Virus record (IMG/VR): IMGVR_UViG_3300019373_000295 | DNA length: 64,000 nt | DNA from: an uncultured virus (IMG/VR IMGVR_UViG_3300019373_000295) | Taxonomy: Duplodnaviria > Heunggongvirae > Uroviricota > Caudoviricetes | Reading direction: 5' to 3' (one strand) | Part shown: piece by piece, positions 9,082 to 18,600 of the stretch | Position numbering within the stretch: the first letter of the stretch is position 1 | Layout: every line of letters begins with the position of its first letter | Translations under genes and position numbers: made by a program | The notes under the pieces: generated by a model | The model's database searches: none | What the model was told of the DNA's origin: nothing | The model's input: only the letters and a program-made list of their open reading frames with translations

Positions 9082-9545
9082 TACTTTTTATCGCCGTCTT
9101 CCAATTCATCGATCATTTCCTGAATATCATCGTCAATGTGCTGCGCTCTCTTCTGAAGCACCTCGATAGCCTTTTTAATTGCAGGCGGATACGGGATACC
9201 CATCAAACTGGTGTTTTCAATAATAGAAAGCAGCTCATTCACACAGAAGCCGATGCAGGTCGCGTCACGGATATATGTGGTACCGATCATGATATCCATA
9301 CGGACAGCCACAACCACCATGAGCAGAATGCAGAACTTCTTTGCAAGACCGACCCAGCCCGCCTTTGAACTCAGCCTGCCGGTCTTGCTGTGCTTGCTTC
9401 TGCCCATAGATGCGGTGATCAGTCCGGTTGTGAAGTCGATTGCCATGAAAATGAGGAGTGTTGCCAATGCTGAATCCCACCCTCCTAGCAGCGCCGCAAA
9501 AAAACCGCCGATCACCCCGGCGGCTGTACAGATATTTTCTTTCAT
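9081..9545 (-). CDS. Phage holin (toxin secretion/phage lysis holin family)
   Basis: GGWD..L.IFMAIDFTTG..NELLSIIEN..MGIP.P; hydrophobic segments. Confidence 0.9.
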   Translation of the reverse strand: MKENICTAAGVIGGFFAALLGGWDSALATLLIFMAIDFTTGLITASMGRSKHSKTGRLSSKAGWVGLAKKFCILLMVVVAVRMDIMIGTTYIRDATCIGFCVNELLSIIENTSLMGIPYPPAIKKAIEVLQKRAQHIDDDIQEMIDELEDGDKK

Positions 9546-9557
9546 TCAATCATCCTT

Positions 9558-10229
9558 TCAAATTGTCACATCCACTATCTTCACAGCGCGGATCATCGGA
9601 CTGGTATTGTCGGTGACTGCTTTCCATGCAAGGTAATACTCTCCCGAAGGAATGTTACTGCACTCATGCAGTACATTGACATAGTTGCCCACAGTACCGA
9701 GCCAGCCGAACGGAACAGAAATAGCACTGTGATTCTGGATAGCCTCATAGATATACCTTGCAGTCTCAGCTGAAGAAAGTCCGGTATTATTTTTCGGAAC
9801 GAGCCACATCTCACCGATATCCGTTGCGCCCGACTTATAACTCAGCATGATCTTTCTGTTGCTGCTGATGTGAACAGGTTCAACGCACATCGTGTAAATG
9901 CTCTGTCCCCAGTTGAAGTCCGGCTGATTGTAGTAGATCGCATATTCATTTTCTTCACAGCAGAAATGCGGATAGGATTCTGTGAAGCCTGCAAGGGAGC
10001 GATAGCCGTCGTTATAGAAGGTGTACACAGATTCGCCGTAATCATGAAGTGTGTCGATGGAAGCCCTGAACAGCGTGACACCAGGCTTTGTCTGCGGGAT
10101 CTGCAGCACTTTCGGCACAAGCGTATTCAGTTTTTCTGTCTCCGAAGCCTGTACGCCCATTGTCACAAGATTTCGGGCTAAAGCATCCCTCTGCTCATCG
10201 AGAGCAGTCAGATAGTTTCCGATACTCAT
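9558..10229 (-). CDS. Tail-associated hypothetical protein
   Basis: Coupled to tail fibre gene; position before holin. Confidence 0.65.
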   Translation of the reverse strand: MSIGNYLTALDEQRDALARNLVTMGVQASETEKLNTLVPKVLQIPQTKPGVTLFRASIDTLHDYGESVYTFYNDGYRSLAGFTESYPHFCCEENEYAIYYNQPDFNWGQSIYTMCVEPVHISSNRKIMLSYKSGATDIGEMWLVPKNNTGLSSAETARYIYEAIQNHSAISVPFGWLGTVGNYVNVLHECSNIPSGEYYLAWKAVTDNTSPMIRAVKIVDVTI

Positions 10230-11584
10230 TCGCTCACCTCCACAATAGCTGCAAGTGCTGTCTCAACGCTGGAGAGGGCTTCCTCAACTGCTGAAAGGCG
10301 GGTGTAAATATCCGAGATAGAAGTCCTTGCGCCCTGCATATCATAGAGGATTTCCGTCTTGAAACGCTCGAACACGCCCTCATTGACTCCGACACGTTCA
10401 GTCAGATTCATAGCTGTTGTATACGCATCATTCCATCGTGTAACGTGGGATTCTGTGATACTGTTCAGCGTTGTGAGGTTGTGATGCCAGTGCGCCTGCC
10501 CGACTACTGTTCCGATAGAAGCAATATCATCGAGCATCTCCTGTGTAATACTGTCCAGTACCGCCTTGTTGGTGTGAGAGTGTGCCTGCGCAGAAACCTC
10601 ACTCAGTCCGGTAGACAGCCCATGCAGAGCGTCTGCTGTCTGTGCATGGAAAGCGGCTTCATCTCGCATATACTGCTCTGTGATGGTATCCAGTACATCC
10701 TTGTTGTTATGTGTGTGCGCCGCAGAGCTAATAGGAAGCAGAGCCTCACGGATATCGTGGATATCATAGTTGGTTGCATCCTCAAACTGCTGTAAGCCCT
10801 GAAGGTCAGAAAGCAGTGCATCTGTCAGGGCATTCAGCACATCGAGGTTCGCATGGCTGTGCGTACTCGGTCTGAGGTTCTCCACCGCTTCATTAAGCGT
10901 CTGAATCTCATAGGTGGTGCTGTCCTCAAACTGCTGCAAACCTGAAAGATCAGAGAGCAATTCCGGTGTGATCGCATCGAGCGTATCTTTGTTATCGTGA
11001 CTGTGTGCCTCCTCTGCAACAGGTGCGATCTCACGCTCTATAATGGTCGTGACCTCAGATGTTTTCGGGTACTCCGACATATCCGGCGTGATTCCATCCT
11101 TGCCCTTCAGACTTTCCAGCCACTCCTCCTCAGTACCGACATAGCCGTGATCCACAGCAATTTCATAGGCAGATTTGCCGTCAAGACCGTGCTCTGCATC
11201 CTCGATACGCTTCAGAAGCTGTGTATACAGATCGGGTGTCGGCGGGATCGGCGGATCATCACCCTCAAAACCGGATTCACGGATATTCAGTGTAACCGGA
11301 ACTGTTGTAGCTCTCACAGTTGTATCCGATTCCGTATCATAGCCGAACACAGCCATTTTTGCCGCACCTGCGTGAAGCTCCGCAGGCAGATACAAGGTCG
11401 TTCCCTCTGTGCCGAGAACAACGGAATACACCTCATCACACTGCGAAAACTGCACGACCTTGTGAAAATGCTTCCAGTCTCCGTCAAAATTGAATTTGAA
11501 CTGCACATACTGGATCTGGTGGTCTGCGAGAATCTCACGCTCCACGATCTCAATGCTCTGATTTTTTACGAGGAATTTCCACAT
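10226..11584 (-). CDS. Tail fibre/baseplate protein with HxHxN repeats
   Basis: GKSAYEIAV..GYVGTEEEWLESLKG motif; five AHxHxNxxxLxxIT repeats. Confidence 0.8.
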   Translation of the reverse strand: MWKFLVKNQSIEIVEREILADHQIQYVQFKFNFDGDWKHFHKVVQFSQCDEVYSVVLGTEGTTLYLPAELHAGAAKMAVFGYDTESDTTVRATTVPVTLNIRESGFEGDDPPIPPTPDLYTQLLKRIEDAEHGLDGKSAYEIAVDHGYVGTEEEWLESLKGKDGITPDMSEYPKTSEVTTIIEREIAPVAEEAHSHDNKDTLDAITPELLSDLSGLQQFEDSTTYEIQTLNEAVENLRPSTHSHANLDVLNALTDALLSDLQGLQQFEDATNYDIHDIREALLPISSAAHTHNNKDVLDTITEQYMRDEAAFHAQTADALHGLSTGLSEVSAQAHSHTNKAVLDSITQEMLDDIASIGTVVGQAHWHHNLTTLNSITESHVTRWNDAYTTAMNLTERVGVNEGVFERFKTEILYDMQGARTSISDIYTRLSAVEEALSSVETALAAIVEVSE

Positions 11585-12981
11585 TATTCTTCACCAACCT
11601 TCCACTCATGGTTCTCTTCATCCCATTCCATAAATCCGTCCAGACAATTGATTCTTGTCAGATTGGTCGGGCTGATCGAACCGCCATGTGCATCCCAGTT
11701 GCTGCGCTTTGTGACCGCTGCCCAGTCTGCCAGACTGCCTTCATAAGTGATTTCTGTAAGGTCATGACAGTAATTGAAACAATGCGATTTAATTTCCGTC
11801 ACCGTCCTTGCAAGTGTAAGATTTACAAGCCGGTTGCAGTTGACGAACATAAACTCATTGATCACAGGTGCTTCATAGCGTACTGTTGTCAGATTGGCGC
11901 AAGCCGTAAAGACACGCTCTCCGATTGTTGTTACGGTACTCGGAACTGTAACGGTTGTAAGCCTGTTACCCGCAAAGGCGCAGTAGCCGATCTCTGTCAC
12001 ACTGCTTGGAATAGTCACAGCCTTAAGTTCGTGTGTAACAGTCGGCGTTGCCGCCGGATCCTGATGCGGATAAAATGCAAAATTGCTGATTTTCGTCAGC
12101 GTTCCTGGCAGAGATACCGTTTCAAGCTCGTCGCAGTAACGGAATGCATACTCACCGATATCTGTGATACCTTCGGAAACAACCGCATTCTTGATATTCT
12201 GATTATTGAAGAACGGAGAGTCGTTTCCGGTGGGATTGAGCGGATTATCATAATCATACATGTCTCCCGTACCCTTCAGGAGCAGTTTACCATTGGAGTA
12301 CAGCACATAGTAGATATTATCGCCGCATTTTCCGGCATCGATAACATCTCCGATATCTTCAACCTCTGCGGTCAGCTCGTCCACTTTGTTGGTAAGTTCT
12401 TCGATTGTTTCATTGTTTTCCTGCACCTCTGCGATAAGCTGTGCCATCTGTGACATCAGTTCCGTGACCTTGCATTTGCCGAGGATGCACTTGCAGTATC
12501 CGCAGACATTTGCATCCTCACGGTAATCATACCAGTCACGCTCTGTAAGGTCGGTAGCACCCGGATTCAGACGAACCGCATACATGAGAAGTCTTGTTTT
12601 ATATTCATCTGTCGGCAGTGACGGCAGACTCGGATTCTCCGCAGGTGTACCGGGCGTTATCTCAAGAGATACATTTCGTACCGATTCTCCGACATCGAGC
12701 AGAATCGCAATTGCCACATAACGCGGCAGCGACTCATCCTGATACTCTGTAAGGTCAATTGTGTAGCGGGAGTCGTTAACGAAATAATGCCCGTCGATCC
12801 ACGCCTTACCAGTACCGAGAATTACTTTCAGACCACTGCTTGCCGCTGTCAGCCTGAACATCTGACCGTAGGTGTCGAGAATACCGTTGCAGATGATGCT
12901 ACTGAGATACTCTGTGAAGCTCTCAGCTGTATAGGTTCTGTCAAGACCTTTTGAATTGAAAAAGCCGCATGAAAATGCCAT
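11584..12981 (-). CDS. Tail/baseplate protein with C-terminal BspA-type leucine-rich repeats (candidate receptor-binding protein)
   Basis: Phage N-terminus SCGFFNS..DRTYTAE; coiled coil; IPSSVTEIGYCAF-type repeats. Confidence 0.85.
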   Translation of the reverse strand: MAFSCGFFNSKGLDRTYTAESFTEYLSSIICNGILDTYGQMFRLTAASSGLKVILGTGKAWIDGHYFVNDSRYTIDLTEYQDESLPRYVAIAILLDVGESVRNVSLEITPGTPAENPSLPSLPTDEYKTRLLMYAVRLNPGATDLTERDWYDYREDANVCGYCKCILGKCKVTELMSQMAQLIAEVQENNETIEELTNKVDELTAEVEDIGDVIDAGKCGDNIYYVLYSNGKLLLKGTGDMYDYDNPLNPTGNDSPFFNNQNIKNAVVSEGITDIGEYAFRYCDELETVSLPGTLTKISNFAFYPHQDPAATPTVTHELKAVTIPSSVTEIGYCAFAGNRLTTVTVPSTVTTIGERVFTACANLTTVRYEAPVINEFMFVNCNRLVNLTLARTVTEIKSHCFNYCHDLTEITYEGSLADWAAVTKRSNWDAHGGSISPTNLTRINCLDGFMEWDEENHEWKVGEE

Positions 12982-12985
12982 AATA

Positions 12986-14098
12986 TCATTCCTTTCTGAA
13001 AGTCGGTGTCAGGCTGCGCCCGTTCTGGTCAAACGCTTCTATCATACCGATAAGCTGCACTTTCGGCTGAATCATTCCGAAACGCTTATGCTCCACGGTC
13101 ACATAGTCACCGACGAAATAGTCACGGTTATACACATATTGCGTGCTGTCCGCTGCAATCTCCGACTCTGATGCAGTTTTCGGATCGACCAGCTTTTCCG
13201 AGCCTCTTGTCTTCAGCAGCTCGATATATTGCTCTTCGGGAATAGGCACTGTCTCGCCCTCGACCTGTTCCTCTTCTGAGATATCTTTGGCGTCCACATA
13301 CAACTCATAACGGTCAAGGTATGTGGGCTCATCAGAAACACAATATGTGGTATGTTTTCGCTCCGAACCCTCACCGTGACCGTAGATGTAGGCGAAATTG
13401 CGTGTGATTGCAGTATCCGAAGCGTATGAGAATGACAATAGATTGCTGTAGGCGTCGGAGAAAATGATATGTGGATTGTCATCTTGCATCAGACTACGGT
13501 CAGTTCCCTCCGAGAGGTCAAGCACCATTTTGTATGTCTCATCAACGTCCTTTACAAGACGGATATTCGCTGTGCCGCCGATTTTCTCGCAGATGGTGTA
13601 TACCCATTCCATGAGATTTTCATAGGATACCTGCAACGTCGTTGTCTGCTCCCAACAGCTACCGGAAACTGAGCCGAGTGATAAGCCGGGAATGCGACGG
13701 TTATCCTGCTGTATCGCATTCAGCACCACAGCATTCCGGACAATATCTGAATACTCCGTATCTGCTGTAATAGAGAGTGTCGGATTGATGATTCGGCGCT
13801 CCAGCAGGCACATGAGGAAGCGCCCTCGCACTGTCAGGTAGTCGCCGTTTTCAGCATCAGTATCGATCTGCACCGACTCAATAATGCCGAAATGCTGACT
13901 GTCATCATCTCTGCCCACGATGCGTCCGGTCTGAAAAATAGAGATATTCTCGGGATTGGCTGCGATATACACCTCAAAGCTGCCGCACTGATAATACTCA
14001 ATATCCCACAGGAGCGAGGAAAAGCTGTCACACACCGCTTCGAGGGTGATCGTCAGGCTGTCTGCCTCAGCGTCCATTCTGTACACTTCGATTTGCAT
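12986..14098 (-). CDS. Siphovirus Gp37-like tail/hub protein
   Basis: SLLW..EYYQCGSFE..RYELYVDAKD..DYFVGDYVTV; follows Dit. Confidence 0.8.
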   Translation of the reverse strand: MQIEVYRMDAEADSLTITLEAVCDSFSSLLWDIEYYQCGSFEVYIAANPENISIFQTGRIVGRDDDSQHFGIIESVQIDTDAENGDYLTVRGRFLMCLLERRIINPTLSITADTEYSDIVRNAVVLNAIQQDNRRIPGLSLGSVSGSCWEQTTTLQVSYENLMEWVYTICEKIGGTANIRLVKDVDETYKMVLDLSEGTDRSLMQDDNPHIIFSDAYSNLLSFSYASDTAITRNFAYIYGHGEGSERKHTTYCVSDEPTYLDRYELYVDAKDISEEEQVEGETVPIPEEQYIELLKTRGSEKLVDPKTASESEIAADSTQYVYNRDYFVGDYVTVEHKRFGMIQPKVQLIGMIEAFDQNGRSLTPTFRKE

Positions 14099-14101
14099 AT
14101 A

Positions 14102-14959
14102 TCACACCCCCAGATAAGCGTTTGTGTGGACGATGGTCACTTTCAGATTTTGCAGACCTGTTCCACGCAGATAGAAGCGGTTTTTGCCCTCACGCAGCGT
14201 CAGCCAGGTTGAGCCTGACACAAGCCGGTTGATGATGTTTGTTTTCACACCGCCACGATCAAGCGTGACCGTCTTATGACCCGTCTTTGTCGTCACAGTA
14301 ATGATGTCGCCTGCGAGAATATCTCCTGTGATCTGCAAATATTCATCGGTATCCGCATTGTACAGCGTGGGAGAACGGACATCGGCGAGTGCTTCAATCT
14401 GCAAGGTAAAGCCGATCTCGTCACCATCATTGATGATCTCCATGATGTTCTGTGTGTTGAATTTACCCAGCACAAACGGCTCTGGGTTGCTCTCGGTCGG
14501 GAACGGGAACGTGAAAGCGCCCGTGATCTGCGAATAGTACGCCATGACGGATTCCGTAGAATACCAGTAGATATCCGGACAGAGAATTGAGATCTGACCC
14601 GTGACAAGCTGCTCGAAGTTACTGACCTCGCAAGTCTCCACATAGCCCTCGGTGAAAACATCTATGCCTGCGGTGCGGTAATATACTTTCACATATCTGC
14701 TTGGCTTCACCACCTTGTAAAGCTGGTGACGTCGGGCTTCCACCCCAACACCTCGCATCTCAAAGTGAATGACCACATTACGTTTTTCGATAAAGGCGTT
14801 GTTCAGGTAGCTGCCGTCCATGCCTGCGTAGGAGGAGGTGCTGATCGTGCCAGGCGGAGGAGAAAGCCCCTCGATCTTTGAGGTCATATACTGGTTTGCG
14901 GTCGTTGTCATGTCGAGCTGATCTCCGGCTGTATTTTCTAAGATAAGGCTGAAAAACAT
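14102..14959 (-). CDS. Distal tail protein (Dit)
   Basis: Follows tape measure; ISILCPDIYW, W.TL.EGKN motifs. Confidence 0.85.
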   Translation of the reverse strand: MFFSLILENTAGDQLDMTTTANQYMTSKIEGLSPPPGTISTSSYAGMDGSYLNNAFIEKRNVVIHFEMRGVGVEARRHQLYKVVKPSRYVKVYYRTAGIDVFTEGYVETCEVSNFEQLVTGQISILCPDIYWYSTESVMAYYSQITGAFTFPFPTESNPEPFVLGKFNTQNIMEIINDGDEIGFTLQIEALADVRSPTLYNADTDEYLQITGDILAGDIITVTTKTGHKTVTLDRGGVKTNIINRLVSGSTWLTLREGKNRFYLRGTGLQNLKVTIVHTNAYLGV

Positions 14960-14971
14960 TATATCACCGCC

Positions 14972-15000
14972 TTTACTTTTCTTTGTAATTGATGTATAAT
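14972..15000 (+). promoter_or_regulatory. Moron promoter
   Basis: TTTACT-17bp-TATAAT. Confidence 0.55.
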
Positions 15001-15039
15001 AGGAATATGTAACAAGTACAATAGAGATGGTGGTTAAAT

Positions 15040-15621
15040 ATGAAAGTAAATCTCAAAAGAGCAGCTATTTCCGGTATTATTGGAGAAATTGCATATTTCA
15101 TATCAATGATGTTGTTTCTGATCACGCATACCAATTTTGCATTGACACTATGGGAATCCATGACAGTGATTGGTGCTATCGTTATGTTGATTGCTTTCTT
15201 GGTGATTGCTGACGAATTCAAAATCAAACCGCTTCTCCGCAGATTAATGACTATTTCTTTGTCAGGAACAGTATTTCTTACATCTGTTGCACATTTTACA
15301 AGCATTGGTGTTATCAGAAAACTTGAATCACAAGGAACTACTGTCCCTGATTATTTCAAAATAGGAGCTTTTCCGAGTATAGAAATGACGATAGATTATG
15401 TTGCATGGGGCTTTTTTATGGGGGCAGCTTTCATCACACTATTTCTTGGAATTAAAGACAAAGCAATAAGAATCTTCTCCGTCACTTGTGGTATCCTATG
15501 CTTGTGTGGATTTATCGGAAGTTTCTTCTCCGATTCTCTTTGGTATATTGCACCGCTGGGATACGGAATTGGTTTTTTGATTATGTGCATTTTCATTCTG
15601 AAAAGAAAAGAAGCAAAATAA
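15040..15621 (+). CDS. AT-rich multi-pass membrane protein (moron)
   Basis: About six hydrophobic helices, opposite strand, own promoter. Confidence 0.75.
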   Translation: MKVNLKRAAISGIIGEIAYFISMMLFLITHTNFALTLWESMTVIGAIVMLIAFLVIADEFKIKPLLRRLMTISLSGTVFLTSVAHFTSIGVIRKLESQGTTVPDYFKIGAFPSIEMTIDYVAWGFFMGAAFITLFLGIKDKAIRIFSVTCGILCLCGFIGSFFSDSLWYIAPLGYGIGFLIMCIFILKRKEAK

Positions 15622-15659
15622 TCATAGTAAGTACGAGGGGCAGGCAAAAGCCCACCCCG

Positions 15660-18600
15660 TCACACATTCAGCGCATTGCGCGTCATACGATAAATCTCCA
15701 GCCGTGACAGCGATTTCGGACTATTATTGGTCTGATTCACTGTGCGGCTGTTGTCGTTATTGTAGTTGTTGACCACAGTCGTGCCGCCTGCACCTACCAT
15801 CGCACCGGTCACACCGGACATATCCACATTGAAATCGGAATTCATCGCAATGGTCATGGCATCCGCAACACCGGAAATCGCCTTCTCGACATACTTTTTG
15901 CTCTTGTTGATACCGTCAGCCAGTCCCTTCATGAAGTCAGGCATCCAGCTTTCAAATTCTGTCAGAGGCCCCTTGTCAGGCACCGAGAAGTGCAGATAAT
16001 CACTGATTGCTCGTGCCACGTCAGCAACCGTATTGATGAGATTGCCGAGCATATAGTTCAGACCGTTGATAAGGTTCTGCATGAGGTCGCGTCCCCACGA
16101 CCATGAACTGTTGACCTTGTCCATGACCGCATCATAGACAGCCCTCATTGCATTGTTGACTGCATCACGCACACCGCCGAGCCTTTCACCGATGCCGTTC
16201 CGGATATTATCCCAGATAGACAGCACAGCGTCCTTTACCTGATTCATCGGATTCCGCACAATGTCGGGCATCGCATTCCAGACAGACTGCACCACGGCTT
16301 TTATACCGTTCAGAGCAGTATTTACTACATCTTTCGCAGCATTCCACGTTGTCGAGATCACATTTTTGATGTCAAGCTGTCCGGTATTGATGAGCGTTTT
16401 CATTGCTGTCCAGACCGCAGTCACAATCTTTTTGATCCCGTTCAGTGCTGCCTCGATAACAGATGCAGCCGCTTTCCATGTCGTTGCAATGACTTTTTTG
16501 ATGTTGTCAAGCGCAGTAGTGACCACAGATACAACAGCTTTCCAGCCGGAAGTGATGCCGTTTTTGATCTGTGACATGGTCGCATCAATTGCCGTATTCG
16601 CATTCGCCCAGACGGTTTTGACAGTATCAAAGACCTGTTCCATGAAGCCCTGCACCGCTGTGACAACATTGGACAGAGCATTTTTGATAACAGTGCTGAT
16701 CGTTTCCGCAAGATTGCCTGCAAAGCCGTTGACCGCATCCCCGACAACACCTGCGTTCTGATTGATACCGTCGGCAAGTCCCTGCATGAAGTCAGGCATC
16801 CAGCTCTCAAAATCAGCTAACGGTCCCTCATCCGGCACGGAGAAGTGCAGGAAAGATTTGATCTTGTTTGCTACACCCTTTACTGCATCCGCTACCTTGC
16901 CGATACAGTTTTTGATACCGCTGACAATGTTGTTGATGATATCTGCGCCCCACTGGAATGCCTGAGAGCCGAGGTTTTTGATAAAATTCACCGCAGCGTT
17001 GAAGCCGTTGACGATAGTGTCTTTAATTGCTGTTATCTTTTCGGTGACCGCTGATTTCACACTGTTCCAGATATTGGAGACAGTGTTTTTTATTGCGTTC
17101 ATGACAGTGCTGACTGTATTTTTGATGCCGTTCCAGATGTTGGATATCGTAGTGGAGATTGCATTAAGCACGGATGATATGAATCCGCTGATCGCATTCC
17201 ACACCGCAGATACGACTGCATGAATCGCATTCAGCGTATTGGTGATGTGATTCTTAATGCTCTCCCAGATAGAAGAGATCACCGACCAGATGGTGTTCAG
17301 AATACCAGAGATGAAGCCGGAGATCGCATTCCATACGGTTGAGATCACATTGGAAATGGTATCCATTACCGTGCTGACAGTGGTAGAGATCGCGTTCCAG
17401 ATCGTCTCAAAAAATGTCTTGATACCCTCAAGAACGATAGTTACGACCGCCTTAATGGTCTCCCATGTGGTGGTGATCTTTTCGTGGATCCAGTCCATAA
17501 CACGAGAAATAATCACATGGATCGCTTCAAAAATCGTCTCAAACAGATACCTGAAAGCATCTAGCAGCGGAGAGATAAAGTCATAGATGGTCTGCCATAC
17601 AGTTGTGATAACCGACCAGATCGCATTCAGCACCGTGCTGATAGCAGTATGAATCGCATTCCAGACAACAGTAATAACCGTCTTAATCAGGTTGATTTTC
17701 TCAGCAACACTGTTGTAAATAGATGTCCATATGCCGACAAAGAAGTTCTTGATACCCGTCCAGATCGTAGTGAAGAAGTTTTTGATACCGTTCAGAATAC
17801 CGGTAATAAAGCTTTTGATGCCGTTCCAGATATTGACAAAAAAGTTCTTGATGCTCGTCCAGACGCCTACCCAGAAGTCTTTTACTTCACCAAGATCTGT
17901 ACCGAAAATACCGCAGATCATATTCAGCGCATTTTTCAGCGTATCCTTGATGAAATTCCATACAGCAGAAAAGATACCCTTGATTCCGTCCCACACTCTG
18001 TTCCAATCGCCGGTAAAGATACCGACGAAAATATCCAGAACACTCAGGATAATGTCTGTCACAGCCTTGAAGATATTTGCAATCTGCTGAAACTGCCCCT
18101 CAAAGACCGGTTTCAGGAATTTGCAGAGCCCGTCCCATACAGCCTTGATGACCTCGGTGATATTTTTGAAGTCGAAGCCCAACGCATTGATTCGGTCAAC
18201 GATGCCCTGACAGAAGCCGGAAAAGATGCTCTTGATCTGCTCCCAGATCGCAGTGATCTTATTTCGGAAGTCCTCATTCGTGCGCCACAAATGCACAAAA
18301 GCCGCTACCAAAGCGGCAATGACCGCAATGACAGCGACTACGGGTGCGGATATACCGCCAATGGCTGCGCCGAAGGATGAAAAGGCGGCTTTTGCGCCTG
18401 CGATCATGGAAGGCAGGTTCGCTACAAGCTGCATCAGCTTGCCGATACCGACCATTGTTTTGCCGATAACAAGAAGCAGCGGTCCCAGTGCCGCCGCCAC
18501 AAGTTCAATTTTCACGATAGTCTCCTTCGTTGCCGGAGACATTGCATTAAATTTATCAATTAGAGCCTGAATCTTGCTGACAATAGACCTGATCGCAGGC

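Noticed and set aside
9558..12981. Diversity-generating retroelement acting on tail genes
   Set aside because: No reverse transcriptase and no adenine-variant template/variable repeat pair seen in this window.
15910..16860. Internal ~90-bp duplication in the tape measure gene
   Set aside because: In-frame protein motif repeat (LHFSVPDxGPL..WMPDFM), ordinary for tape measure proteins.
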